From positions 1 through 44,044 of the forward strand of contig JBBTNS010000058.1 of assembly GCA_038067655.1 (NCBI GenBank): DNA of 44,044 nt, given 5' to 3'. This DNA comes from Nitrospirota bacterium (GTDB lineage Bacteria; Nitrospirota; Nitrospiria; SBBL01; SBBA01). The translations under genes were made by a program, and so were the position numbers. Below the pieces are notes generated by a model, which was not told the origin of the DNA, ran no database searches, and saw nothing but the letters and a program-made list of their open reading frames with translations. This document shows, piece after piece, positions 18,358-28,029 of this stretch. How positions within the stretch are numbered: the first letter of the stretch is position 1; each line of letters starts with the position of its first letter.

Positions 18358-19524
18358 TTATGCATTTTTTTTGCATGCCCTCCCCCTCTCATAAAACGAT
18401 AAAAACTGCTCCGCAATGAGTTGATGGCCTCTTTCATTCCAATGGTCGTCTCCTTTTATAAAGAAATCCGTTATGAGCAATTTGCTCTCCGTTTCTGATC
18501 GGTTTGAAGCGACAAAACAAGGGAAATAATTGAGAAGTGGAATTTTTTTCTCTTCTGCCCATTTTTTCCAAAAAGTAACCTGAATTGAATTTAAATCATT
18601 ATTAACAATCTGATCTGGCCATGGATAAACGGCAATGGTTAGTTTAACATTGTGTTTTTTTAGCAATTCAAATAGCCGATCCATATAGAGCGTTGCCTTC
18701 TCTAATCCTTTTTCCCCATAGACAGGGAACAACGTCTTGTCTATGGTCCATCGTTGGAATGGTGTTTGAACCTTCGGGGGGGAAAGTAAATCGTAGGTTT
18801 TGTCTAGAAGAAAATATGGGAGTATGGTATTTTCTCTGATGAGGTTTTTTATTGACCCCACCGTTCCTTCCTCACCCATCCTCCCCGTATCGCCTTTGTC
18901 CTCCCTGCTGTCCACGGTATGGTGTTCTGATAACGTGTATCGATTCACTTCATCGGGTATATCAGAAATATCAATAAACACAAACAGCTCATCAAATTGT
19001 AATCCCACCTCTTCAATGAGATATTTAATTTTTCTCCAGTAAATAATAGGAGAGTAGGAACTTGCGGCCGCATTGAGCACTTCAATATTTCTGGGCAATA
19101 AGCGATGGGCGATGAGGCCTACAAATGTCTCTTCATACGGAACCCCGATCCCTTCCGTAAAAGAATCTCCTATAAAAACAATGCGACGATTCGGGGATGT
19201 GAGGGGGATATCTTTTACGCTGCCGTTCTTGAATCCCAACGAATCGGTTAAAATGGTATATCGTTTGTCTCCCCAAATCCCAACACCCGAAAATTTTTTC
19301 TTGAGGTCGTGATGGTAGGTCTCTGAAGAGATTCGATAGGCCATTTCAATAGCCCTCTCTTCTTGAAGGACCCTCTCTTGCAAGGAGAAGAAATGATATC
19401 CAAAAAAAAATCGGTATAGAGATGCTGTAAGAAAATCAATCATGATGAGAGAGATGACAACAATAACCGTCATTGACTTTTTGGGGTTTCGCTCCAGAAA
19501 GTTTCCGGCTTCTTTGCTTGTCAT
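18358..19524 (-). CDS. Membrane-anchored SGNH/GDSL-family protein
   Basis: IVFIGDSFTEG and C-terminal DDHWNERGH motifs; N-terminal TM helix. Confidence 0.82.
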   Translation of the reverse strand: MTSKEAGNFLERNPKKSMTVIVVISLIMIDFLTASLYRFFFGYHFFSLQERVLQEERAIEMAYRISSETYHHDLKKKFSGVGIWGDKRYTILTDSLGFKNGSVKDIPLTSPNRRIVFIGDSFTEGIGVPYEETFVGLIAHRLLPRNIEVLNAAASSYSPIIYWRKIKYLIEEVGLQFDELFVFIDISDIPDEVNRYTLSEHHTVDSREDKGDTGRMGEEGTVGSIKNLIRENTILPYFLLDKTYDLLSPPKVQTPFQRWTIDKTLFPVYGEKGLEKATLYMDRLFELLKKHNVKLTIAVYPWPDQIVNNDLNSIQVTFWKKWAEEKKIPLLNYFPCFVASNRSETESKLLITDFFIKGDDHWNERGHQLIAEQFLSFYERGRACKKNA

Positions 19525-19605
19525 TGGACATCACAATTCTTATTAATGAAAAATACCATTTTTAACGCTTTTTCAGCCCTTTATTGATCACGAGGAATTA
19601 CAAAA

Positions 19606-21279
19606 TCACAATGTTCCTTTTTGTATCTTATAAAGTGCCATCCCTTTTGAATGGGCGATGAGAGATAACCAATGCGGTGCTTTCCCGGCTAATAGACCGC
19701 TTAAAAAGGGGGACTCTTTGAAGACCGGATCATTGTTTTTGAACAGGAAACAAAATTCTCCGTTGAATTGGTTCGCATACTGTTTTAGCGTCTCCTCATT
19801 CCACGAGACAACACTATACTCCGAATCAGCCAACGCCACCACGGGATTTTTTAACACATAATGGAGTGCCTGTCCTTCATTGGCCATCAGCACCGCTGTT
19901 TTTGGAATATTTTTTTTGATCCATATCAGGCTGCTTTCCTCTCCAATCAAAGTGGCAGAAAGAGAATCGGTCACAACAGCATCGTTCCCGATTTTGCCGG
20001 GGACTAAAAGATTTCTCGCATGTATCCCTGCATAACCCATAGAAAATAATAGCATGGCAGCCACCCCCATTAAAGACACACGTAGGGTCTGTTCCTTCCT
20101 GATCAGTGTATTTAAGATAAGGGCTAAAACTAATAACAGGACTGGGAGAAAAGGAATAAACAATCTTACTCCAAACGAAATAGGCCCTGTCATCCCTAAG
20201 TAGATTAGGCTGGCACAATAAACAAAAATATAAAAACAGAGAAAACAAAAGATGTCCAGAGGAAAGTCGTTTGAATTTTTCGCGAGAGTACTCCTTGAGG
20301 AAAATAACAAAATAATCAGCAAAACGGTTGCGCCGCCTATCATCATTTCAAATCTGCCAAATCCGGCTGGATAGGAGAAGCCAAAAAATAATTGGTATAT
20401 TGCGCGAATAAACTGGCTGATCATTTCGATAAGGGAATGATCAACTCCCTTGTTATTCCCTCCTCTCCAATCGCCTACCAATAAAAAATTCCTAATAAAG
20501 CCGATTGCAATGAGCCCGACGCAAAAGATCCCTGCAACAAGGGCATCTCGATTAACTTGACTTCGGTTGAGGAAAAACCGAATCATCTGAAACGAATAGA
20601 CCCCTGCAAATAAAATCAGTCCGGCATATCGAATGTAGTAGCTGACTCCAATCAAGAGATATGCGGTGGCCAGCAAACCAAACGAGGATGTATCCCGTTC
20701 TTGAGAGGTCATCTGCTTTATGAGCAGGACAATAGCAAGAAAACTGAGGCATGTAAAAAGCCCTTCTGTTCCGACCGAGGCAGAATAGAAAATCAGCCCT
20801 TCATTCATGACCCATAATATGTTGATGAAAATACAAACAGGGAGTGAGATCTTCAGAAGAGAAAGTGCCCAATTGAATGCAAACGTCAGGGCAATGAGTG
20901 ACAGCAATGAAATCAATACAGCGGCGGACTCATGAGAAATCCCCAAATGACTTACTGTGGCAATCGCAAGCGGATATCCAAACGGGAAGGTTGTTAATGG
21001 CGCTGGAAGAAAACCATGACTTCTTTCTGTATCAAAATAGACGACCCCTGTTTTTGCGAATTCTCCTTGATTAAAATAGGCTGCGACACTGATATATTGA
21101 AAACTGTCATTTCCAAGCCAGGGACCTTCATTTACAGAGAGCTTGAAAATGACAAAAAGGAGGAGTAATAGGGCAAATACGGCTCCGATCCATTTCGTAT
21201 TGACACCCTTGTTATTTTTCCATTGATTGGGGAACAAACTCCACAGACTTGGATAAAACAAGATAAGATCCCTTCCCAA
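19606..21279 (-). CDS. Probable GT-C fold membrane glycosyltransferase
   Basis: NDSFQY, FPFGYP, TEGLF and RYAG motifs; more than 10 TM helices. Confidence 0.7.
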   Translation of the reverse strand: MGRDLILFYPSLWSLFPNQWKNNKGVNTKWIGAVFALLLLLFVIFKLSVNEGPWLGNDSFQYISVAAYFNQGEFAKTGVVYFDTERSHGFLPAPLTTFPFGYPLAIATVSHLGISHESAAVLISLLSLIALTFAFNWALSLLKISLPVCIFINILWVMNEGLIFYSASVGTEGLFTCLSFLAIVLLIKQMTSQERDTSSFGLLATAYLLIGVSYYIRYAGLILFAGVYSFQMIRFFLNRSQVNRDALVAGIFCVGLIAIGFIRNFLLVGDWRGGNNKGVDHSLIEMISQFIRAIYQLFFGFSYPAGFGRFEMMIGGATVLLIILLFSSRSTLAKNSNDFPLDIFCFLCFYIFVYCASLIYLGMTGPISFGVRLFIPFLPVLLLVLALILNTLIRKEQTLRVSLMGVAAMLLFSMGYAGIHARNLLVPGKIGNDAVVTDSLSATLIGEESSLIWIKKNIPKTAVLMANEGQALHYVLKNPVVALADSEYSVVSWNEETLKQYANQFNGEFCFLFKNNDPVFKESPFLSGLLAGKAPHWLSLIAHSKGMALYKIQKGTL

Positions 21280-21320
21280 CAGCGTGTCGATTACTTAAAT
21301 GGATTATGGACGTTGCAGCG

Positions 21321-22415
21321 CTACTTGTCTTTACCCCATGTATAAATTTGCGTCACGGCATAGTTCCAAACAGCGCCAACCAATACGCCGCTGAGGGCTG
21401 CAAGAACCCATTGTGTTTCGTTTTCAAATAGGTAGGTTGCAATCCCCACATTAGTAAAAGCACCAATGCTGCAGGCAGCGACAAAGCTTGCTAACCCCTT
21501 CAACCATTCTCCCATCTTTTTTAATCGTCTGTCACGGTAAGTTAAGATATTATTGAGTGCAAAGTTAAATAGCATTGCAACGCCTGTCGAGATTGATTGC
21601 GCGGTCGAGAAATTCCACGCGAGCCCTTTGAGTGAAGCGGTGAGTATTGCCATGTGGATAAACACCCCCACCCCTCCGATTATCGAAAAGGCTAGGAATC
21701 GTACCGGAATGAATCGGCCAATCGTTTTGTCGGCTAATAGCATTCCATACTCCCATACAACCATTTCATCGAGCTTGCTTTCACCTGCAAAACGTTCGCG
21801 GAAGCGATACGGTATTTCAGTGATTCGCAACGGCCTTTTTACCGTTGCAAGGAGATCAAGCAGTATCTTAAAACCTAAACCCGAAAGATTCGAAACTGAG
21901 GAGTCGAATACCTGACGCTGGAGCATAAAAAAACCACTCATTGGGTCAGAAACCGGTTGTTTTAATATTGACTGGCCAGCGATTGTTGCAACGTGACTCA
22001 TGATTTTACGAGACCCAGTTAACCCCTCTAAGCTGCCACCGTCTGTGTATCGGGTCCCCACCACGACCTCGGCACCACTTTCCTCAACCGCGGAAAGCAT
22101 TTTAGGGAGGATGCTTTCATCATGTTGCAGATCCGCGTCCATCACAGCGATGATCTCCGCTGAAGCAGCCAACATCCCCTCTATGCATGCTGAGGATAAT
22201 CCGCGCCGGCCGATTCGTTGTAGACAACGGACTCTGGCATCATCCCGTGCGATACCGCGTAGGATCGCTGCGGTACAATCTGGAGAGTTATCATCCACAA
22301 AAATCATCTCCCACCCATCTGGGCCTATCGTTTTTTCAATACGGGAGATTAACTCTTTTACGTTTTTCGACTCGTTAAAGGTTGGAACAACTATTGACAG
22401 ACGTAATAAAGGCAT
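21321..22415 (-). CDS. Polyprenol-phosphate glycosyltransferase (GT2, DPM1-like) fused to a GtrA-like domain
   Basis: VVPTFNE, VDDNSPD, VMDADLQHD, DPMSGFF and GESKLD motifs, plus a 4-TM C-terminus (NFALNNILTY, WNYAV). Start set at MPLLRL. Confidence 0.88.
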   Translation of the reverse strand: MPLLRLSIVVPTFNESKNVKELISRIEKTIGPDGWEMIFVDDNSPDCTAAILRGIARDDARVRCLQRIGRRGLSSACIEGMLAASAEIIAVMDADLQHDESILPKMLSAVEESGAEVVVGTRYTDGGSLEGLTGSRKIMSHVATIAGQSILKQPVSDPMSGFFMLQRQVFDSSVSNLSGLGFKILLDLLATVKRPLRITEIPYRFRERFAGESKLDEMVVWEYGMLLADKTIGRFIPVRFLAFSIIGGVGVFIHMAILTASLKGLAWNFSTAQSISTGVAMLFNFALNNILTYRDRRLKKMGEWLKGLASFVAACSIGAFTNVGIATYLFENETQWVLAALSGVLVGAVWNYAVTQIYTWGKDK

Positions 22416-22633
22416 TCGATTTCTCCTTTTGATACGAATACATTGATCGTATCTGTGGATACAGCCACCTCTCAAACAAGGGATCACAATATAACCTTAA
22501 CCGAAAAGGATGTCTAGTGGATCCCAAACTTTTCCAGCAAAACACCATTCACTTTCATGTACAATATAGACACAGCGGTTCCTGTAGGTCGGGACGCCGT
22601 GCACAGCACTTTTTATAGATTCCCAAACCATTT

Positions 22634-23887
22634 ATGACTGTAAAACAAAAATACGATTTGATTATTATTGGCGGAGGCGGAGGCGGGCTGCTGCTTGCGC
22701 TTATTTTAGGAAGACTGGGGATAAAAATTGCCCTGTTAGAGCGGCAAAAGACCCCCACTTTTTTCCGAGGTGGCGAGATGATTCAGCCCAGCGCGCTTCG
22801 TACCTTAGACCGCTTCGGGTTGCTTCCCGATCTTCTTTCTCGGGACGTTTTCAAAAATCGGTTTGTCCATTTTAAGAAAACAAATGGCGACCCTCTTTGT
22901 ACGATTGATTATCAGCAGATTCGGGGCACCCACGCGTATTCCCTTATTTTACGTCCCGAAGTCATTCAGACCCTGCTTATTGAGAAGGTGCGCGAAATCC
23001 CAGAGGTCACCCTTTTTTGCGGCGAAAATTTTACGACGATTTTAAGAGAAGGGAGTCAGGTGATTGGTATTGAGACAGATGACGGGGTGCGGACGAAACA
23101 ATGGTTTGCCCCCATTGTTGTTGCCGCAGATGGGCCTGGCTCGCAATTTCGGTCGGCGATGGGGGTTTCATCCGATCTTTCTACGTATCGCGATGGCTAT
23201 CTCACTGCTTTGCTTCCGCTTGCTGCTGGCTTTCAAGAACAGTCCTGCTACTATTTGGGAAGGCGGGAGATTGCTGGGTTCTTCCCGGTCGGGAAAGAAA
23301 CGCTTTATCTTTTCTACATGGTGCAAAAAAACAAACTGAACGAAATTTTAAAACGTCCATTTGAATGGTTTTTACAGGAACTTCGCGCCGTGAACTTAAC
23401 TGGCGTGCCTGCATTTGAACAAGCCGTCTTTTCAAAGCTGACAGGTTGGAGTGATCTCTCGTTTCGGCCCTGTTTTCGCGTGCGCTGTGAGTCGTGGGCC
23501 GAAAATGGCGCGGTCTTGTTGGGGGACGCGGCGCATGCAATGAATCCTCATGTGGCGCAGGGAAGAAATTCGGCGATGGAAGATGCCGTAGTCCTTTCCG
23601 ATATTGTTCTGGATTGCTTTAGAAAAGGCGACTTTTCAAAGAAAACGCTTTCCGAATATGAAGCCCTTCGCCGTCCGAGTGTGGAGGTCTTACAGCGATT
23701 GGGGGACGAGATGACCTTTTTCTGGAACAGCGGGCTTGCACCCGTCATCTGGGCGCGCAATATGAGTTTTAGGGCGCTTGCCAATAACCGGGCATTACGC
23801 GATAAAATGTTAAAGACGATTTCCGGAGTCGAAGTGACCCCGACCACTTGGCAGGATCGCCTTAAAATGATGCTGAGTGGTCTGTAG
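22634..23887 (+). CDS. FAD-dependent monooxygenase (UbiH-like superfamily)
   Basis: IIGGGGGG, AADG and LLGDAAHAMNPHVAQG motifs. Confidence 0.85.
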   Translation: MTVKQKYDLIIIGGGGGGLLLALILGRLGIKIALLERQKTPTFFRGGEMIQPSALRTLDRFGLLPDLLSRDVFKNRFVHFKKTNGDPLCTIDYQQIRGTHAYSLILRPEVIQTLLIEKVREIPEVTLFCGENFTTILREGSQVIGIETDDGVRTKQWFAPIVVAADGPGSQFRSAMGVSSDLSTYRDGYLTALLPLAAGFQEQSCYYLGRREIAGFFPVGKETLYLFYMVQKNKLNEILKRPFEWFLQELRAVNLTGVPAFEQAVFSKLTGWSDLSFRPCFRVRCESWAENGAVLLGDAAHAMNPHVAQGRNSAMEDAVVLSDIVLDCFRKGDFSKKTLSEYEALRRPSVEVLQRLGDEMTFFWNSGLAPVIWARNMSFRALANNRALRDKMLKTISGVEVTPTTWQDRLKMMLSGL

Positions 23888-23957
23888 AGGCAATGAACAC
23901 GTTTGGTTTTACAACGACCAACGGGAGTTGTCATTCTCGCCTCCGCCCGTCGGCGGA

Positions 23958-26381
23958 CTAGACCTTTTCAATGACCAGTTCGTAATGGCTATCGGGGCAT
24001 TGTTCAAGTTTTAAAATTTTATGGCCTTCTGCTTGAACCGAACGGGGAACATTGTCTTTCGGCGCCCCATCATCAATAATGACCGCAAGCACCTGTCCCG
24101 CCTCCATTTCTTCGAGCTGTAATTTTGTCTTCACAAAATTCATCGGGCAAGCCACCCCTGACAGGTCTAGTCGCATATTAATATGATACGCTTCGTTTTT
24201 AGCTCGCCGATTAGTATTGGCAGGCTGTGGTTGAGATTGAAATCCACTTCCTGGTGCTAGCTTTTTCAGCTTCATACTGGCGTCCATTTGGTCGTACGCC
24301 TCTTGGCATTCTGCGAGAAAAAGATTAGACAAGTCTAGATGGGCCTCTAGGTCAACGACCGAGTCAAAATCGATCCACTGCCCAAGGGATTGCGTAAACG
24401 TTTCAAATCGCTCCGACACAATTCCCTGTTCCACGACCTTGTGCTGGAACTGTTTTAATATTTCATTATCGTCGGGAGAATCAACACCAAAAGGAATAAG
24501 CAGCGCGCGACAGGCCCGAAGAATACTGCTCTTTAGTGGATCAATGACCAAGTCCTCTCTTCCGCGGCCCACCTCCAATTGGGCGTCCGCAAGCGACTGC
24601 CGACTCGTTCGCAAAAGATTCTCGATCAGATCAATGACGCCTCCTGCGCATTCCCCCGGCCCCAGATCGTCCAGATGAAAGTCGCCTTCGGCCTTATAGT
24701 CTTTATAAGATTCCGGGGCCACATCTGGCATTGGAAGATTGGTAAAATCAGTTAATTGCGTTGCAATGGTATTGGCCCCATAACGTTTTATAAAATCATT
24801 AAAGCGCTCCCCGTTTTGATGATTTTCACGAAAAATACTGCTGATTTTCATAACGGCCTGTGGAATATTCTTTGCCGGTATCTTGATCGTTGGTTTTCCA
24901 AGGGCAGAGGAATCCGCGTTCACACCACCCCCTAAGTGTACCTGATAATGCGGCACCAGCTTTCCATTAATCTTTTTTGCTACGCCATGAAGACCAATTC
25001 CGGCAATATGATGCTGGGCGCAGGAATTGGGACAGCCGGAAATCCGAATACGGAGACCCGCAAGGTCGTCACTCTCTGTTTTAGCCTGTGCAAAGGCATC
25101 CGAGATAGCCGCACCAACACCCATTGAAGAGGTCAGCGCAAGCTGGCAACTATCGGCGCCCGGACAGGCAATCACATCCACGGCGGTCTCCGCGCCCGAT
25201 GCGGCAAGACCCAGTTTATTAAGCGCACGATAAAGATTGGGAAGGGATGACGGGTCAATACCAAACAGAACAAAATTTTGCTGATGCGTCGCTCGGAGCG
25301 CTTGTGGGGCAAATTGATCCACAATATCGGCCAATCCCCGAAGCGCCTCAGCCGTAATATCTCCCAACGGAAGCCGGACTTGAACTGCAACCTTTGATTT
25401 GTTTTTGGTCGGGAGAACATTCGTTTTTATCCACTCAGAAGGTACGGATGGGTATAACAATGCCTGCAGGCTTGATGATGCTTGTTCCATGCCGACCATC
25501 GGGAGGGCTCCGTTCGCTGCCCCTCGTAGGGGCGGATATGCCTTCTTTACTTCTTTGAAAATCGCGATCTCTTTGGCAACGGCTTCTTTAAATTTCGCCA
25601 TTCCCCATTTTTCAAGAATGAATTTCATCCGTGCCTTGCTGCGAGTTTTGCGATCCCCATTCGCATCAAAGATCTTGAGCATTGCCTCGCAGGTCGGCAA
25701 CACCTCTTCAAACGGAAGAAATTCCGAATAGAGCTTGGCCAGTTTGGGACTGGAGCCTAAGCCTCCTCCTGCATAGACGCGAAACCCATACTCAGTCGTT
25801 CCATTTTGGTTTCGAGACTCGGCAATAAAGCCGATGTCGTGAATGGCGGCCAGTCCGCATTCACTTTTGCATCCCGAAAAGGAGATTTTAAATTTTCGAG
25901 GCAGGTCCTGATTGATCGGGTTTCTTAAAAGGTGATAGGCGACCGTTTCCGACATCGGGGTAACATCAAAAAGTTCCGTAGGACAGGAGCCAGCCCAATG
26001 GCAGGAGGTGACATTGCGAACCGTGTTTCCGCAGGCCTCGCGCGAGGTGAGTCCTGCTTCGGCAAGACGGCGGAGAATCGTTGGGACATTCGAGAGCTTT
26101 ACAAAATGGAACTGAATATCCTGACGGGTCGTCACATGTCCTTTTCCCGTAGAATAGGTCTCGACAAGGTCGGCCAATGTCCGGAGCTTTTCGGCATTCA
26201 AAAGACCAGAGGGAATCTTCACCCGAACCATCTGAACGCCCTTTTGTCGTTGGCCGTAGATGCCCTGTTGAAGGCGAAATTTCTTGAATTTCTCCTCCGG
26301 GATTTCGTTGTTCAGAAGCCGTTTAATCTCTCGATCAAACGCTTTGATCTCTTTGACGACTTCTTCTGGGATTGTAACCAT
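23958..26381 (-). CDS. Siroheme sulfite/nitrite reductase with a C-terminal TusA-like domain
   Basis: RLQQGIYGQRQ, HVTTRQDIQ, ACGNTVRN, LPRKFK and CPGADSC...SGCPNSC motifs; C-terminal LDLSGVACPMNFVKTKL. Confidence 0.9.
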   Translation of the reverse strand: MVTIPEEVVKEIKAFDREIKRLLNNEIPEEKFKKFRLQQGIYGQRQKGVQMVRVKIPSGLLNAEKLRTLADLVETYSTGKGHVTTRQDIQFHFVKLSNVPTILRRLAEAGLTSREACGNTVRNVTSCHWAGSCPTELFDVTPMSETVAYHLLRNPINQDLPRKFKISFSGCKSECGLAAIHDIGFIAESRNQNGTTEYGFRVYAGGGLGSSPKLAKLYSEFLPFEEVLPTCEAMLKIFDANGDRKTRSKARMKFILEKWGMAKFKEAVAKEIAIFKEVKKAYPPLRGAANGALPMVGMEQASSSLQALLYPSVPSEWIKTNVLPTKNKSKVAVQVRLPLGDITAEALRGLADIVDQFAPQALRATHQQNFVLFGIDPSSLPNLYRALNKLGLAASGAETAVDVIACPGADSCQLALTSSMGVGAAISDAFAQAKTESDDLAGLRIRISGCPNSCAQHHIAGIGLHGVAKKINGKLVPHYQVHLGGGVNADSSALGKPTIKIPAKNIPQAVMKISSIFRENHQNGERFNDFIKRYGANTIATQLTDFTNLPMPDVAPESYKDYKAEGDFHLDDLGPGECAGGVIDLIENLLRTSRQSLADAQLEVGRGREDLVIDPLKSSILRACRALLIPFGVDSPDDNEILKQFQHKVVEQGIVSERFETFTQSLGQWIDFDSVVDLEAHLDLSNLFLAECQEAYDQMDASMKLKKLAPGSGFQSQPQPANTNRRAKNEAYHINMRLDLSGVACPMNFVKTKLQLEEMEAGQVLAVIIDDGAPKDNVPRSVQAEGHKILKLEQCPDSHYELVIEKV

Positions 26382-26404
26382 GCAGTATCATACTATCTCA
26401 TGAT

Positions 26405-27475
26405 TCATACGGTCAACCGCCCCGGTGCTGCGGAAGGCAGAACGCGACGCTCCGCTATCAACATCGGTTGAACACAAATCTTCAGAATCAAGTCTTCCAG
26501 TATGATTGCGTGAGCCACCCGGCTGCCTTTTAATTTGAGGTCGGTCTGTGTAAAAAGATCAAACGCGGCGCGAATCTCATTGGCTTGCCACAAACGAAGC
26601 CGCTCCAAGAATGGGCCGACCCGATAGGGGGGCAGCGACAACCGCTTTCCGACAGCTGACTCCGACTCGGATAAAAGGGCTTCTTTTCCTATCGCCATCA
26701 TTCGAAACTGCCAAAGGAACATGGCCAAAATCTTCAGAGGCGCCTCCCCCTCGTCTAACAGATTGGCAAGCCGCGATAAGGCATTCTTCAAGTCTTTTGC
26801 AAAAACAGCATTGACCAAATCAAAAACCGTATACTCTTTTTCTTCGGAAACGACGACCAAGACCATCTCAAGTGAAACCAATTTTTCTTTTTGGTTTCCG
26901 ATATACAACGATAATTTTTCGAGCGCCACATGTAAAAGGGTCAGGTTTTTGCCCAGACGCTCCGCTAAGAAAAAGATGGCATCTGTTGAAAGCGTCATCC
27001 CCATTTGTTTTCCCTCTTGTTGCATCAACGCAGGAAGTTCATTCTCATACGGCGGCCGGCAATGAATCACCACTGCTTGTTTTTTTAGCGCGATAAAAAG
27101 CTTTGTCCGCATATCAGGCTTTTGCGCGACTAGAATAACGGTTGCCATCGAGACAGGGGAAGCGATGTACTCAAGTAGTTGGCCTTCCGGGTCTTTCATC
27201 TGATCCGCATCTTCAATCACAACAAGTTTTTTACCGCCCGTCATGGGAACCGTTTTGGCCGCATAAAGGATTTCAGAAGGGGAGGCCGTTGCGCCATTAA
27301 AACGATTGTAATTAAAATCGGATGATGCCGGATCAATTGCGTTTTCAAGAAACCATGCTAGAAGCTTGTTGACAAAGAATCGCTCCTCGCCGTGGATCAG
27401 GTAAAGCGGCGAGATTTTTTCAGGACGAAGCTGTTGTCGTGCCGTTTGATAAGTCAGCTCGGATGAGGATGGCAT
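26405..27475 (-). CDS. holA: DNA polymerase III delta subunit
   Basis: YLIHGEE, LEKLSLY and TDLKLKG motifs; conserved leuS-lptE-holA order. Confidence 0.9.
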   Translation of the reverse strand: MPSSSELTYQTARQQLRPEKISPLYLIHGEERFFVNKLLAWFLENAIDPASSDFNYNRFNGATASPSEILYAAKTVPMTGGKKLVVIEDADQMKDPEGQLLEYIASPVSMATVILVAQKPDMRTKLFIALKKQAVVIHCRPPYENELPALMQQEGKQMGMTLSTDAIFFLAERLGKNLTLLHVALEKLSLYIGNQKEKLVSLEMVLVVVSEEKEYTVFDLVNAVFAKDLKNALSRLANLLDEGEAPLKILAMFLWQFRMMAIGKEALLSESESAVGKRLSLPPYRVGPFLERLRLWQANEIRAAFDLFTQTDLKLKGSRVAHAIILEDLILKICVQPMLIAERRVLPSAAPGRLTV

Positions 27476-28029
27476 TATCTGCTCTCCGACAAGAAATCAG
27501 AAACCAAATCAACGGTGCGATCGGAAAGACGAAAGGCGGCCTCGCGGATCGCGCGATCACGACGATCCCGATTCATCGCAGGATCGCTGCTGGCAAGATA
27601 ATCAGCAGACTCCATTAAATCCATTTTCAAGGCAGGTTCCGCCTTTCCCTTCTCTGTGAGCTTCGATGCAACCCCAATTGTGATTTGATACTCTGTCGCC
27701 TGTCCATTCTCGTTGAGTGATTTGAAGGCCGATTCAAACTGGACGATTTTTCCAGAAAGAACAAACGCGGTTTCGTTTGAGTTTTGGATCCTATTCATCC
27801 CGCGCCGAATAAATCGTTCTTTTAAAATCGGGGAAAACTGCTGTTCGATCATTGGCTCATTGGTGCCATTTTCAAAAAAAAGAAGAGCAATCGGTGGATA
27901 CGTCGTAGGCGGAACTCTCTGGGCGACACTGCAGCTTAGGAGAAGAACAAGGCAGGACAGGGAGAGAACATTTTTAAAAATGACTGGATTCCGGCTTAAG
28001 AATTGCCGGAATGACAATAGAGTTTTCAT
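27475..28029 (-). CDS. lptE: LPS assembly lipoprotein LptE-like
   Basis: Lipobox LLSC, FENGTNEP motif, and position between leuS and holA. Confidence 0.78.
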   Translation of the reverse strand: MKTLLSFRQFLSRNPVIFKNVLSLSCLVLLLSCSVAQRVPPTTYPPIALLFFENGTNEPMIEQQFSPILKERFIRRGMNRIQNSNETAFVLSGKIVQFESAFKSLNENGQATEYQITIGVASKLTEKGKAEPALKMDLMESADYLASSDPAMNRDRRDRAIREAAFRLSDRTVDLVSDFLSESR

